A DNA stretch of 64,000 bases from Squalus acanthias (lineage: Eukaryota): NCBI GenBank assembly GCA_030390025.1, contig JASTWF010000322.1, forward strand, positions 434,001-498,000, read 5' to 3'. Position numbers and translations under genes: made by a program. A model generated the notes under the pieces. It was given only the letters and a program-made list of their open reading frames with translations, searched no databases and was not told the origin of the DNA. Shown piece by piece: positions 49,010-64,000 of the stretch (position 1 is its first letter; each line of letters begins with the position of its first letter).

Positions 49010-49390
49010 TTATGGGGCTCGAATCCTAGAGTATATACATCTACCTCCGACAGTGCAGCGCTCCCTCAGTACTGGCACCGGGGAGAGTGGGCCTGGATTA
49101 TGGGGCTCGAGTCCTAGAGTATATACATCTACCTCCGACAGTGCAGCGCTCCCTCAGTACTGGCACCGGGGAGAGTGGGCCTGGATTATGGGGCTCGAGT
49201 CCTAGAGTATATACATCTACCTCCGACAGTGCAGCGGAGTCCCTCAGTACTGGCACCGGGGAGTGTGGGACTGGATTATGGGGCTCGAGTCCTAGAGTAT
49301 ATACATCTACCTCCGACAGTGCAGCGCTCCCTCAGTACTGGCACCGGGGAGTGTGGGCCTGGATTATGGGGCTCGAGTCCTAGAGTATAT
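49010..49390. repeat. 88-bp array
   Basis: About 4 units. Confidence 0.93.
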
Positions 49391-50107
49391 ACACACACAG
49401 CTGTGGTGTCCATTTTGGTCATTTAAAGTTGAAACACAGGACACTCCCCCCCCCCCCCCCCCCCCAACCCATCTTATCTCTTCAAGCAGGCAAGAATTCT
49501 CAGGGTGGCCCTAACCTTCATTTCATGCATGTGAGGTGGACTCTAATTGTCAGGCATTTCACATTTGGGCCTACACAAAAAAGGCTTTAAATGCTGCTGG
49601 TTCTCTTGATTTAGTGTCTCACCTGAACTTAAATTTATTGTGACATCACAGACAAGACACATCCATGTTGTTGAGGGCAGAGGGAGCTGGCAGCCATTTT
49701 GACCCCTTCCTGGTTGCGGTGGCCATTTTGAGGAGGACACAGCCAGTAAGCAATCTTCCCGACCGGGAGCGGGCAAGGAGGCGGTCGCGGTTCACCGCCT
49801 CAAGACAGAACCCACCAGCTCCACATGCCCCAGTTCTTGCCCGCACCACTGTAGCAAGATTCCCTTAGCGCCCCAAATAAATCTATCGATCTCAGCCTTG
49901 AATAGACTCAACGACTGAGCCTCCACAACCCTCTGTGGCAGAGAATTCCAAAGATTCACCACCCTCTGAGTGAAGAAATTCCTCCTCATCTCAGTCCTAA
50001 ATGGCCAACCTCAAGAATGCAGTAAGGCTGGTCAAGCATGACCATGACTTATGTACCTGCAGCCCTAGATCCCTTCGCTCCTCTACCCCATTTAGACCCT
50101 AGCTACC

Positions 50108-50415
50108 AGAGGAGCAAGGGAGCCTCATCCTCCTGGGGGGCCTCCTCCTAGGAGCAAGGGGGGCCTCCTCTCCCCCCCCAAAGGAGCAAGGGCCTCCTCC
50201 TCCCCCCCAGGAGCAAGGCCTCCTCCTCCTCCCTCAGAAACAAGGGCCTACTCCTTGCCCTTAAGGAGCAAGGGGGGCCTCCTCCTCCCCCCAACACCCC
50301 CAGGAGCAAGGGGGCCTCCTCCTCCCCCCCAGGAGCAAGGGGGCCTCCTCCTCCCCCCCAGGAGCAAGGGGGCCTCCTCCTCCCCCCCAGGAGCAAGGGG
50401 GCCGCCTCCTCCTCT
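50108..50415. repeat. About 30-bp minisatellite (GGAGCAAGGGGGCCTCCTCCTCCCCCCCA)
   Basis: About 9 degenerate units just downstream of the tubulin gene. Confidence 0.8.
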
Positions 50416-50618
50416 AGTCACCCAAAGATCACAGGGGGCGGGACCTCTACCTACTCACCCCCAAGGAGCAAAATCTCCTCTTTCAAGAAACGAGACCCCC
50501 ACCCCCAAAGGATCAAGGTTGGGCCTCCTCGCCCCCACCACCTCACACTTGTCAATTGAAAGTCAGTCGGCCAGCCCGCAACAGAAGCCAGGAGCCCAGA
50601 GAGATGCTATCAAAAGTC

Positions 50619-50624
50619 TTTAAT
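50619..50624 (-). terminator. Candidate tubulin polyadenylation signal ATTAAA
   Basis: About 150 nt past the stop codon; an alternative AATAAA lies at 49634-49639 on the minus strand. Confidence 0.45.
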
Positions 50625-50771
50625 GAAGCCTTTTACAGCATTCATGATCGACGCACGCACACCGAGACAGGGATTCCATGCGATGGTAAGGGAAGGACAA
50701 AGATTGGGTTACAAGGAGAACAGGGTCGGCCGTGGGGTCTCTGGAAGGGGGTGGGTGGGTGGGGGAAAAAC

Positions 50772-51875
<1,104 letters not shown>

Positions 51876-54800
51876 CTAAACCTGCTCGATATATCAAAAT
51901 ATGTCACCTCTAACACAGTAAAACATCCCAGGGCGCTTCACAGGAGCGATTATCAAACAATTCGACACCGAGCCACATAAGGAGATATTAGGGACAGGTG
52001 ACCAAAAGCTGGGTCAAAGAGGTCGGTTTTAAGGAGCGTCTTAAAGGAGGAGAGAGAGGCAGAGAGGTTGAGGGCGGGAATTCCAGAGCTCAGGGCCCCA
52101 GGCAGCTGAAGGCACGGCCGCCAATGGTGGAGCGATGGAAATCGGGGGATGCTCAAGAGGCCAGAATTGGAGGAGCGCAGAGATCTCGGAGGGTTGTAGG
52201 GGCTGGAGGGGGTTACAGAAATAGGGAGGGGGCGAGGGGCCATGGAGGGATTTGAACAGGAGGATGAGAATTGTAGGGGCTGGAGGAGGTTTCAGAGATA
52301 GGGAGGGGGCGAGGGGCCATGGAGGGATTTGAACAGCAGGATGAGAATTGTAGGGGCTGGAGGAGGTTACAGAGATAGGGAGGGGGCGAGGGGCCATGGA
52401 GGGATTTGAACAGCAGGATGAGCATTTTTGAGAGGAGTTACTGGACCAGGAGCCAAGATAGGTTAGTTTGCACTAAACCATCAGAACAGGAGGAGGCCCA
52501 TTCAACAAGATCATGGGCTGATCTGTGTCCAAAACTCCATCCACCTTGGCTCCATATCCCTCACTCACCCAACAAAAAAAATCAACCAGAGATTTGAAAT
52601 AATTGACCTTAGCATCTAGTGCTTTTTGTGGGAGAGAGTTCAAGGGAATACACATTAAATGGTAGGACACCGAGTAGTGTAGAGGAACAAAGGGACCTTG
52701 GAGTGCATGTCCACAGATCCCTGAAGGTAGCAGGCCAGGTAGATGAGGTGGTTAAGAAGGCATACGGAATGCTTGCCTTTATTAGCCGTGGCATAGAATA
52801 CAAGAGCAAGGGGGGGTTTATGCTTCAACTGTATAAAACACTAGTTAGGCCTCAGCTAGAGTACTGCGTGCAGTTCTGGTCACCACATTACAGGAAAGAT
52901 GCGATTGCACGAGAGAGGGTACAGAGGAGATTTACAAGGATGTTGCCGGGAGGAGAGAATCTCAGCTATGAGGAAAGATTGGATAGGCTGGGTCTGTTTT
53001 CCTTGGAACAGAGGAGGCTGAGGGGAGACCTTATTGAGGTGTATAAAATTATGAGGGGCCTAGATAAAGTGGATAGAAAGGACCTATTTCCCTGAGCAGA
53101 GGGGTCAAAAACCAGGGGGCACAGATTTAAAGTAATTGGGGGAAGGTTTAGAGGGGATTTGAGGGGAAATTTCTTCACCCAGAGGGTTGTGGGGGTCTGG
53201 AACTCACTGCCTGAAAGGGTGGTAGAGGCAGGAACCCTAACCACATTTAAAAAGTACTTGGATGTGCACTTGGGATGCTCTAACCTGCAGGGCTACGGAC
53301 CAAGAGCTGGGAAGTGGGATTAGGCTGGATAGCTCTTTGTTGGCCGGCGCGGACACGATGGGCCGAAATGGCCTCCTTCCTGTGCTGTAACTTTCTATGA
53401 TTGCTACATTTAGCACCTTTGTGAAGTGTTGCCCTAACTTCTCTCCTGAATGGCCTGGCTCTGATTTAAGATGAAGTCCACTTGTCCTGGACTCCCCCAC
53501 CAGCAGAAGAATGTCTCTCCATCTACCCTATAGATTCCTTTCAAAAATCCTAAAACCCTCAATCAAATCACCATTCTATATTCCAGGGATTGCAAGCCTA
53601 GTCTATTGTAATCTCTCCTTGCAATCTAACCCTTGGAGCCCCACTAACATTCTGTCCCATTAACAATGTTGCACAGATAGTTACAAAAGGCTGCTTAGTA
53701 ATTTCCTGGCTACATATTAACTGCTCACATGAACATAGCAACAGTCTGATAAATCCTGAAGGAATGCAAGGGAGGTTGGTATCTAGCTGAAGCCCAGTAC
53801 CACCAACTAGCTAGTTTGTCCACTGCCCTGATCTACATCGGATATACAGCACAGAAACAGGCCATTCGGCCCAACCAGTCTATGCTAGCATTTATGCTCC
53901 ACTCGAGCCTCCTCCTGTTTTTCCTCATCTAAATCCATCAGCGTAACCCTCTACTCCCTTGTTCAGCTTCCCCTTAAATACATCGATACTATTCGCCTCA
54001 ACCACTCCCTGTGGGAGCGAGTTCCACATTCTCACCACTCTCTGGGTAAAGAAGTTTCTCCTGAATTCCCTATTGGATTTATTAGTGACTATCTTATATT
54101 GATGGCCCCTGGTTTTGCTCTTCCCCACAAGTGGAAACAGTCTCTATCGACTCTTAAAATTTATCATAATTTTAAAGACTTCTATTAGCTCACCCCGCAA
54201 CCTTCTTCCCCCACCGAGGGGAAAAAGAGCCCCAGCCTGTTCCTCCTTTCCCTGATATGTATACCCTCATTTCTGGTATCATCCTTGTAAATCTTCTCTG
54301 CACCCTCTCCAGTGCCTCTATATCCTTTTTATAATATGGTGACCAGAACTGTGCACAGTGCTCCAAGTGTGGTCTAACCAAGGGATACAGAGTCCAGAAC
54401 TGTGCACAGTGCTCCAAGTGTGGTCTAACCAAGGTATATGGAGACCAGAACTGTGCACAGTGCTCCAAGTGTGGTCTAACCCAGGTATATGGAGACCAGA
54501 ACTGTGCACAGTGCTCCAAGTGTGGTCTAACCAAGGTTCGATACAGGTTTAGCATAACTTCCCTACTTTTCAATTCTAGAAATAAACCCTAGTGCTTGGT
54601 TTGCTTTTTTTATGGCCTTGCTAACCTATGTCGCAACTTTGTGATCTGTGTATTTGTTGAGATCTTTGTTCCTCTACCCCACCTAGACTCACACCCTCCA
54701 AGTAATAAGTGACCTCCCTATTCTTCCTACCAAAATGTAATGATCTAGATAAGGGAACTAAATGTAATATCTCCCAGTTTGCAGATGACACAAAGCTGGG

Positions 54801-56344
54801 TGGGCGTGTGTGCTCCGAGGAGGATACTGAGAAACTCCAGGATGATTTGGACAGGTTGGGTGATTGGGCAGAAGTGTGGCAGATGCAATATAATGTGGAT
54901 AAATGCGAGGTTATCCACTTTGGTGTCAAAAACAGAAAGGCAGATTATTATCTGAACGGCAATAGATTGGGTGAAGGGGAAGTGCAACGAGACCTGGGTG
55001 TGCTTGTGCACCAGTCGCTGAAGGTAAGCATGCAGGTGCAACAGGCGGTTAAGAAGGCAAATGGTATGTTAGCCTTCATAGCGAGAGGATTAGAGTACAG
55101 GAACAGGGATGTCCTGCTGCAGTTGTACAGGGCCTTGGTGAGACCACACCTTGAGTACTGTGTGCAGTTTTGGTCGCCTTATCTGAGGAAGGGTGTTCTT
55201 GCCATGGAAGGAGTTCAGCGAAGATTCACAAGGCTGATACCTGGGATGGCAGGAATGACATGAGAAGAGATTGGGCTTATACTCGCTGGAGTATAGAAGA
55301 ATGAGAGGGGATCTCATTGAAACATAAAATTCTGACAGGTCTGGACAAACTAGATGCAGGAAGAATGTTCCCGATGGTCAGGGAGTCCAGAACCAGGGGT
55401 CATAATCTAAGGATAAGGGGTAAGCCATTTAGGACAGAAATGAGGAAGAATTTCTTCACCCAGAGAGTGGTGAACCTGTGGAATTCTCTACCACAGAAGG
55501 TAGTTGAGGCCAAGTCATTAAATATATTCAAGAAGGAGTTAGATATATTTCTTAAAGCTAAAGGTATCAAGGGATATGGGGAGAAGGCAGGGACAGGGTA
55601 CTGAGTTTGGATGATCAGCCATGATCATCGAATGGCAGAGCAGGCTTGAGGGGCCGAATGGCCTACTCCTGCTCCTATCTTCTATGTAATACCGCACATT
55701 TATCTGTGTTGAACTTCATTTGCCAATTATATGCCCATTCTGCAAGATTATTAATGTCCTCTTGTAATTTGTTGCAGTCCTCAGTATTGACTATCTCCCC
55801 CAAAATTTGGTGTCATCCGCAAATTTAGAAAGGGTTTTTGATTCCAAAGTCTAAATCGTTAATGTAAATTGTGAACGGCAGTGGTCCGAGCACTGATCCT
55901 TGTGGAACACCACTACCCACCTTCTGCCACTGTGAATAGTTACCCTTTACCCCTACTCTGAACCAGCTATGGAGGTTGCGTGTTCAATGAACAGAGTTAG
56001 TTTGCAGGCATCTCACTAAAGTTGCCAGACGGTCACTGCTGTTCCTTCAAAGCGCACTGCCAATGCTCCCTGTACACTGCATGGCCACAATCAGAAGCTC
56101 CCGGGCAGACAGCTCTTACCCTGGGGACGAGTTGTGCACGCACAGTATTTGGAATGACAGCACTAAAAATTAAGCCCTTATCCAGTCTGGTGCCCCTATA
56201 AACCCTTCATGCTTTTGACCACCATCATATCTCCTTAACCTTCTCCAAAAGTTCCTCATCCCTGGTCCCATTCTGGTCAATCTCCCCTTAAACCTTCTCC
56301 GCTCCAAGGAGAACAATCCCAGCTTCTCCACATCACATACACAC

Positions 56345-56485
56345 ACACCTTTCGTCAGAACTGGAAACAGCAGGAAATGAAATAGATTTAAGGCAAGGAT
56401 AAAGCTGGGAAAAGGGGGAGGGGATGAAAGAACAAAAGGAGAGATTAAGAGATGATCAAGGCAAGAGGTGGTGTTAATGTGACAG
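56345..56485 (-). mobile_element. Penelope pLTR remnant with truncated hammerhead
   Basis: Reverse complement resembles 21530-21690 and ends in CCAGTTCTGACGAAAGG. Confidence 0.5.
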
Positions 56486-58910
56486 GTTGAGGCTAAAAGT
56501 AGAGAGAGATGCACTGGCAGAATGAAGGACAGCTACCAGCTTCTAGGAGGGGAAAAAAAAAAAAAGGGGTCAAACTAATGTTTCTCCTCCAGCTCCCAAA
56601 ATATCTCTGGTTCAGAATAGGAAGGCGCATATATTGTCAGAAACAAACACGCCTTGGTGTTTACACCCATCTGGCTTCTGTACATTTAATTACAGGTTCT
56701 GAATATAGCCGAAGCCACTGTATCGTCACTGGGCTTATTTAAGACATTGGGTAAGCAGCTGTTAGAATCTCCTGTTGAGGTGGCCCCTCAGTCAACCATG
56801 ACACCTACTCCCTCTATGCCAGGCATGAATCAATCCAGTTTTACTGGGATTGGGCAGGGTGGGGTGAAGGAACAAGGTTCATCCATCCAAGGATGAAGCC
56901 CAGAATTTGCTCTTGATTGCACCCCTGTTCCGCACTAGTAGACTCCCATTGCCCCCCCCAATACCTTACATAGAACCTCAGCAAAACGTCCCAGGGCACT
57001 TCACAGGAGCGATTATCAAACAAATTTGACCCCGAGCCACATAAGGAGATATTAGGACAGGCGACCAAAAGCTTGGTCAAAGAGGTCAGTTTTAAGGAAC
57101 GTCTTAAAGGAGGAGAGAGGCGGAGAGGTTTGGGGAGAGAATTCCAGAGCTCAGGGCCCCAGACAGCTGAAGGCACGGCCGCCAATGGTGGAGCGATGGA
57201 AATCGGGGATGCTCAAGAGGCCAGAATTGGACAAACGCATAGATCTCAGAGGGTGGTAGGGCTGGAGGAGGTTACAGAGATAGGGAGGGGGCGAGGGGCC
57301 ATGGAGAGATTTGGACAGGAGGATGAGAATTTTAAAATGCAAAGCATAGCCAGACTAGGAGCCAGCAAAGGGTCACTCAGCAAAAATTCACTGGACAAAT
57401 GCCAAAAGCATAGACCGAAGGGCTCGTCATCCTGCCACTCAAAGCTATACCCCAGAGTGTTAACCCACTTGAAATCACCAGCCCTGTGCAGTGCCTGGAG
57501 CCTATTTTGTTTAAATTAGTATATGGGATGTGGTGTCACTGGCAAGGCCAGCATTTATCGCCCATCCCCAATTGCCCTCAAGAAGGTGGTGGAGAGTCAC
57601 CTTCTTGAACCGCTGCAGTCCGTGTGGTGAAGGTGCTCCCACAGTGCTGTTAGGGAGGGAGTTCCAGGATTTGGACCCAGCGACAATGAAGGAACGGCCC
57701 AAAATACTTCCAAGTCAGGATGGTGTGTGTGACTTGGAGGGGAACTTGGAGGTGGTGGTGTTCCCCTGCACCTGCTGCCCTTGTCCTTCTAGGTGGAAGA
57801 GGTCGCGGGTTTGGGAGGTGCTGCCGAAGAAGCCTTGGCGAGTTGCTGCAGTGCATCTTGTAGATGGTGCATACTGCAGCCACGGTGCGCCGGTGGTGGA
57901 GGGAGTGAATATTTAAGGTGGTGGATGGGGGGCCGATCAAGCGGGCTGCTTTGTCCTGGATGGTGTCTGAAGCCCAGACTGCACACCAGACAGGTCGAGC
58001 CCCTCCCAAACCCAGCAATGGGTGAAATGTGCAGCACTGGACACCTTCAAACACCCCTACTACCCCAGGGCTCTGCCCTGTCACAGGCACCATACCAAAA
58101 AGGAAGGACACATCGCCCTTCGAGGGGGGGCACAGTCACAATGGGCTGAATCTCCTCCTGCACTAGACCAGGATAGCAGGGTCAAATTAGGAGGACATGT
58201 TGGAGACTAGGCTTGTATCCTCTGGAGTGTAGAGGCTTAAGGGGTGATCTAATGGAGGGTGGTGTTGATTAAAGCATTCGATGGGGTAGATAGAGAGAGA
58301 AACTATTTCCTCTGGTTTTGGGGGGGGGGGGGGGGGGGGGTCCAGAACAAGGGACAGAACCTTAAAATTAGAGCCAGGCCGTTCAGGGGTGATGTCAGGA
58401 AGCACTTCTTCACAAAGGGTGGGGGAAATCGGGAACACTCTCCCCCAAAGATCCACTAGAGCTTTCAAGCGAGATCGCTAGATTTCTGTTGGACAAGCGT
58501 ATGGAGGAAGGAGAGAGTCGGGACAAAAACAGATTATCTGAACGGCAATAGATTGGGAGAAGGGGAAGTGCAACGAGACCTGGGTGTCCTTGTGTACCAG
58601 TCGCTGAAGGTAAGCATGCAGGTGCAGCAGGCGGTGAAGAAGGCAAATGGTATGTTGGCCTTCATAGCGAGAGGATTCGAGTACAGGAACAAGGATGTCT
58701 TGCTGCAGTTGTACAGGGCCTTGGTGAGACCACACCTTGAGTATTGTGTGCAGTTTGTCGCCTTATCTGAGGAAGGATGTTCTTGCCATGGAGGGAGTGC
58801 AGCGAAGATTCACCAGGCTGATACCTGGGATGGCAGGAATGACGTACGAGGAGAGATTGGGTCGATTGGGCTTGTATTCGCTAGAGTTTAGAAGAAGGAG
58901 AGGGGATTTA

Positions 58911-59210
58911 GGGCAACACAGTGGCATAGTGGTTAGCACTGTTACCTCACAGCGCCAGGGACCCGGGTGCGAATCCGGCCTCGGGTGACTGTCCGTGTGG
59001 AGTTTGCACATTCTCCCCGTGTCTGCGTGGGTTTCCTCCGGTTTCCTCCCACAGTCCAAAGATGTGCGGGTTAGGCTGATTTGGCTATGATAAATTGACC
59101 CTTAGCGTTAGGGGGTATTAAATACGTGGGGTTATGGGGATAGGGTGGGATATGTGTCGGTGCAGGCTCGATGGGCCGAAATGGCCTCTATCCGCACTGT
59201 GGGATTCTGT
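58911..59210 (+). mobile_element. tRNA-derived V-SINE (HE1-like) inserted in a CR1
   Basis: A-box GTGGCATAGTGG, B-box-like GGTGCGAATCC, V-domain core. Confidence 0.8.
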
Positions 59211-60751
59211 GATCTCATTGAAACTTATAAAATTCTGACAGGACTAGATGCAGGAAGGATGTTCCTGATGGTCAGGGAGTCCAGAACCAAGGGTCACAGT
59301 CTAAGGATAAGGGTAAGCCTTTTAGGACCGAGATAAGGAGGAATTTCTTCACCCAGAGAGTGGTGAACCTGTGGAATTCTCTACCACAGAAGGCAGTAGA
59401 AGCCAATTCATTAAATAGATTAAAGAAGGAGTTAGATATATTTCTTAAGGCTGAAGGGATCAAGGGATATGGGGAGAAAGCAGGGACAGGGTACTGAATT
59501 TGGATGATCAGCCATGATCGCATTGAATGGCGGAACAGGCTAGAGGGGCCGAATGGCCTACTCCTGCTCCTATCTATGTTTCTATGGGACACAGCTCTGC
59601 CACGATCCAACTGGTTGGCTAGGCTGGAGGTGGGAGAGACAGATGGCAGGAAGGAAGGATAAAAGCAAGCTTCAGTTAAAACAAAAATAATTCTGTAAAT
59701 AATCCACATGGATTGCTCGACTTCTCCCCCCACTCCACTCTAAGTCAGCCACTGCAGTCTGGAAGGGGGGGGGGAACGAGACGTGGGCGGGGCATCTGTA
59801 CTGCATTGGAGAGTTGACCTTCACTTCCCCTCCATGACCTCCGCCCCAAATTAGTCTACTAGAAAAGAGAATATCTACTGTGCATTCAAAGGTTTTTGCA
59901 AAGGAAAGAGGGTAGATCTTTCCCCCTCTCCTCGCCCACCCCCATCATGCAGGCATTTATCAGACCAGCATATTCACCGCACCCTCGAGATTTTTATTAT
60001 GCAGAGCGCGAGGCGTTAATACTGCAGCGAGATCTGGCCACACGTCGAATCTTCACTTGACGCAAGCAATTGGGAGAAGACCAGAAATAGGAGCAGAGTA
60101 CGGCCCCTCGAGTCTGTTCCGCCATTCAATGCGATCATGGCTGATCATCTATCGCATCTCCACTTGCCTGCCCGATCTCCATATCCCTCGATTCCCCTAG
60201 AGTCCAAAAATCTATCAACCTCAGCCTTGAACGGCTGAGCCTCCACAGCCCTCTGGAGCGGAGAATTCCAAAGATTCACCACCCTCTGAGTGAAAAATTC
60301 CTCCTCATCTCAGTCCTAAATGGCCGACCCCTTATCCTGAGACTGTGACCCCTGGTTCTAGACTCTCCAGCCAGGGGGAAACAGCCTCTCAGCATCTACC
60401 CCATCAGAATTTTGTATCTTTCAATGAGATCCTCTCATTCTTCTAAACTCCAGAGAATACAGGCCTAGTCCACTCAGTCTCTCCTCATAGGACAATCCCC
60501 CCCCATCCCAGGAAACAGTCAGATGAACCTTCGTTGCATTCCCTCTATGGCAAGTACATCCTTCCTTAGGTAAGGAGGCCAGAACCGTACACATACGCAT
60601 TTATTTAAAATTAAATGCAGGAAGGGGGGGGGTAATGACAATCTATATCGTGGGCGGATTTCAGCAGCTTGATAGGTTTGAAATAATTGAAATCGTACCA
60701 AGTCAGTGCCAAAACAGCAAAATGCAATTGGGTTCTTGGGAGACCTGGTCA

Positions 60752-60943
<192 letters not shown>

Positions 60944-61031
60944 TCAGACGGTTTTAGCGCGTGGAATTTTTCTCCTCCTCCCCCCAGTGGATGGGAGAGG
61001 GGTTATTTTTTCCCCCCCTGCAGTCCAGTAC

Positions 61032-61140
61032 CTGATGCCTCGTTGTAATAAACGTTGATTCGTTCTAGTTGCAGGTCGCTGTCACCCCGGTAGGTGCCGG
61101 TCGGGTCAATGCCATGTTCATCACTGATTACTTCCCAGAA
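61032..61140 (-). CDS. TUBB4B: Beta-tubulin exon 2 ([37 protein letters not shown])
   Basis: 109 nt, the canonical size; GCAG acceptor and GTACTG donor. Confidence 0.97.
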
Positions 61141-61149
61141 CTGCGACAC

Positions 61150-61156
61150 AAGGAGG

Positions 61157-61187
<31 letters not shown>

Positions 61188-61830
61188 GAGGGAGTGGGGG
61201 AAAGAGAGAGAGAGAGACAGAGAGGAGAGAGGGAGATGGGGAGAAAAAGAGGGAGAGACAGAAGCAGAAATAGACAGAAAGAGGGAGAAGGGAGAGAAAA
61301 AAAGAGTTGAGACAGGGAAAGAGAGAGAGAGTCAAAAGAAAGGAGGGGGTAGAGACAGAAAGAGAGAAGAGGGAGGGAGAGAGAGCGAAGAGGCAGGAGG
61401 GGGAGAGAGAGAAGGAAAGAGAGGGGGAAGAGACAGAGAAGGAGGGAAGAGGAGTCAGGAGAGGGGGAGAGAAGGGAGAAGGAAAGAGAAGGGAGAGGGG
61501 AGGAGAGACAGAAGGAAAGAGGGATTAAGGAGAGAAAGAGATGAAGGGAAAAGGGAAGAAAGAAAAAGGGAGGGAGACAGAAAGAAGGGAAGAAAGAAAA
61601 AGGGGAGAAGGAGGGAGATAGACAGGAACAGAACAGAAGAGGCAAGGGAGAGAGGAAGGAAAAAAGAGGGAAGGAAAGAGGGAAAAGGCAGTAGGAGGAA
61701 AGACAAAAAAGGAGAAAGGAGGAAAGACAGCAAGAAAAAAAAGGAGGGAAAGCAAGAGAAAGGAGGGAAGGAAGAAAGAAAGACAGAAAGAAATGAGAGA
61801 AGGAAGGAATGAGGGAGGGGAAAAAAACAG
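61150..61830. repeat. Purine-rich low-complexity tract in tubulin intron 1
   Basis: Almost purely G/A on the plus strand. Confidence 0.9.
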
Positions 61831-62211
61831 ATGCAGGTTAAGATTGCAGTGAATACCGAATCCCTCCCTCCCGCCGCAGCGGCGGAAACCCGGCGCCCGT
61901 TAACCCGCCTCTCCCGCCCCCAGCAATTTCCTGCCCTGGAAACTGACCAAAATTAAATCAGAAATTATAAAGAAAGCGCATATTTCAAGCACCAGCTGAA
62001 ATTTCCTCCCTCTCTCTCTGCAATACCCGCCCCACGGGGATGGGGAAAAACGGTGCATGGGGGAAAAAAACCCCAGCGCAGGACAACGCCCTGTTGGCGC
62101 TGCGCCGTTAACCGGCGGCGGCGGCGCGAATTTCGCCGGATTTAGCGCCCCAAAAGCGGACGGATGCAAAAAGGCAAGCGTGCATTTTCCCCCGCCGGCT
62201 GCATTGCTCAC

Positions 62212-62268
62212 TTTGGCCCCGATCTGGTTGCCGCACTGGCCGGCCTGAAGGTGCACGATCTCCCGCAT
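62212..62268 (-). CDS. TUBB4B: Beta-tubulin exon 1 (MREIVHLQAGQCGNQIGAK)
   Basis: ATG at 62268; canonical 57-nt first coding exon followed by a GTGAGC donor. Isotype symbol is a best guess from recalled similarity. Confidence 0.97.
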
Positions 62269-62338
62269 GGTTCTCTCTGTCTAGACTGCGATACGCCGGC
62301 AGCGTCTGCAATGAGGCTCACTCCGCCCGCACTGCGCC

Positions 62339-62545
62339 TATTTATACAAGGTGGGGGTGGGGCCCGATCCGGGCCACACTCCTCTCCCCCATTGGCCAGC
62401 CACCCCTGTCCATCAAGGGCTTCCCCTCCTGATTGGCCCACCACTCACGCCCACTGCGCACAATTTGCGCCGCTCCGCAGAGATGGGGAGGGGCGGGCGC
62501 CTCTGATTGGCCGCCTGCCCTGTTTCCCCCCCCTTTGTGACGTCA
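62339..62545 (-). promoter_or_regulatory. Beta-tubulin proximal promoter
   Basis: TATAAATA (62346-62339), three CCAAT boxes (62391-95, 62432-36, 62506-10), GC box near 62491-62500, palindromic CRE TGACGTCA (62538-45), CpG-rich context. Confidence 0.8.
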
Positions 62546-62654
62546 ATGCAGACTCGCCACCACTGCTTCTTAAAGGGGAAAGGTCCTTAAAGGGGCACCC
62601 ACAGCCAGCCAACACTCCAATTGCATTCACAGACATGGCCGGTAGCTTGCATTG

Positions 62655-63510
62655 GTAGATGTATATACTCTAGGACTCGAGCCCCATAATCCAGGCCCAC
62701 ACTCCCCGGTGCCAGTACTGAGGGAGCGCTGCACTGTCGGAGGTAGATGTATATACTCTAGGACTCGAGCCCCATAATCCAGGCCCACACTCCCCGGTGC
62801 CAGTACTGCGGGAGTGCTGCACTGTCGGAGGTAGATGTATATACTCCAGGACTCGGGCCCCATAATCCAGGCCCACACTCCCCGGTTCCAGTACTGAGGG
62901 AGTGCTGCACTGTCGGAGGTAGATGTATATACTCTAGGACTCGAGCTCCATAATCCAGGCCCACACTCCCCGGTGCCAGTACTGAGGGAGCGCTGCACTG
63001 TCGGAGGTCGATGTACATACTCTAGGACTCGAGCTCCATAATCCAGGCCCACACTCCCCGGTGCCAGTACTGAGGGAGCGCTGCACTGTCGGAGGTCGAT
63101 GTACATACTCTAGGACTCGAGCTCCATAATCCAGGCCCACACTCCCCGGTGCCAGTACTGAGGGAGCGCTGCACTGTCGGAGGTGGCGTCTTTCAGATGA
63201 GACGTTAAACCGAGGCCCCGTCTGCCCTCTCAGGTGGACGTAAAAGATCCCGTGGCCACTATTGGAAGAAGAGCAGGGGGGAGTTCTCCCCGGTGTCCTG
63301 GGGCCCAATATTTATCCCTCAACCAACATCACTAAAAACAGATTATCTGGTCATTATCACATTGCTGTTTGTGGGAGCTTGCTGTGCGCAAATTGGCTGC
63401 TGCGTTTCCCACATTACAACAGTGACTGCACTTCAAAAAAAGTACTTCATTGGTTGTAAACCGTTGGTACGTCCTGAGGTGGTGAAAGGCGCTATAGAAA
63501 TGCAACTCTT
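62655..63510. repeat. 88-bp array running into the Deu-SINE core and tail
   Basis: About 6 units, then the SINE 3' half. Confidence 0.93.
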
Positions 63511-63519
63511 TATCTTCTT

Positions 63520-64000
63520 CATTGTCTCTCTCTGTCTCTCTCTCTCTGTCTATCTCTCTGTCTCTCTCTCTCTCTGTCTGTCTCTCTCTCTCTCTGTCTC
63601 TCTCTCTGTCTCTCGCTCTGTCTCTCTCTCTCTCTGTCTCTCTCTCTCTCTCTGTCTCTCGCTCTGTCTCTCTCTCTCTCTGTCTCTCTCTCTCTGTCTG
63701 TCTCTCTCTCTCTCTGTCTCTCTCTCTGTCTATCTCTCTGTCTCTCTCTGTCTGTCTCTCTCTCTCTCTGTCTCTCTCTCTGTCTCTCGCTCTGTCTCTC
63801 TCTCGCTCTGTCTCTCTCTCTCTCTCTGTCTCTCTCTCTCTCTGTCTGTCTCTCTCTCTGTCTCTCTCTCTGTCTCTCTCTCTGTCTCTGTCTCTCTCGC
63901 TCTGTCTCTCTCTCTGTCTCTGTCTCTCTCGCTCTCTCTCGCTCTGTCTCTCTCTCTGTCTCGCTCTGTCTCTATCTCTCTCTCTGTCTCACTCTCTCTG
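63520..64000. repeat. (CT)n/(CTGT)n microsatellite
   Basis: Directly visible; runs to the window end. Confidence 0.95.

Larger units (their letters stand above)
51915..60590. mobile_element. LINE-filled tubulin intron 3 (L2 3' ends, several CR1 fragments, SINE)
   Basis: L2 at about 51915-52430 and 56980-57360; CR1 at about 52620-53400, 53840-55690, 58190-59590 and 60080-60590; further LINE fragment at about 57520-57965. Confidence 0.85.

Noticed and set aside
58911..58985. Possible tRNA gene (also at about 46135-46200)
   Set aside because: tRNA-derived SINE heads continuing into SINE bodies; no complete cloverleaf seen.
61069..61812. Arg/Glu/Lys-rich 247-aa ORF
   Set aside because: Purine-rich intronic low-complexity tract.

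Overview
Repeat-dense vertebrate genomic DNA, almost certainly from a cartilaginous fish (shark-type CR1/L2 LINEs, HE1-like V-SINE, Deu-domain SINE). Two convergent genes sit among the repeats. (1) On the minus strand is an intact 4-exon beta-tubulin (445 aa, TUBB4B-like) with a TATA/CCAAT/CRE promoter. (2) On the plus strand is a multi-exon gene (about 16976-40997) that no single ORF in the track shows. Its exons all join in phase 1 and encode four LOTUS/OST-HTH domains, Pro/Ser-rich linkers (one exon tandemly duplicated), about 90 copies of a VTG[S/Y]G pentapeptide, and a C-terminal CaaX box (CALL-stop). No Tudor or NYN domain is visible, and I do not recognise this architecture from TDRD5, TDRD7 or MARF1. 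The full ~1371-aa reading needs a +1 frame change just after LOTUS-1; this is most likely a 1-nt indel but is unresolved. Also present: three Penelope-like insertions carrying minimal hammerhead ribozymes (two form long hairpins), several minisatellites made by tandem amplification inside SINE/LINE copies, nested LINEs, a MITE-like element and a degenerate telomere-like tract. Exon coordinates were read by hand from splice sites; repeat boundaries are approximate.
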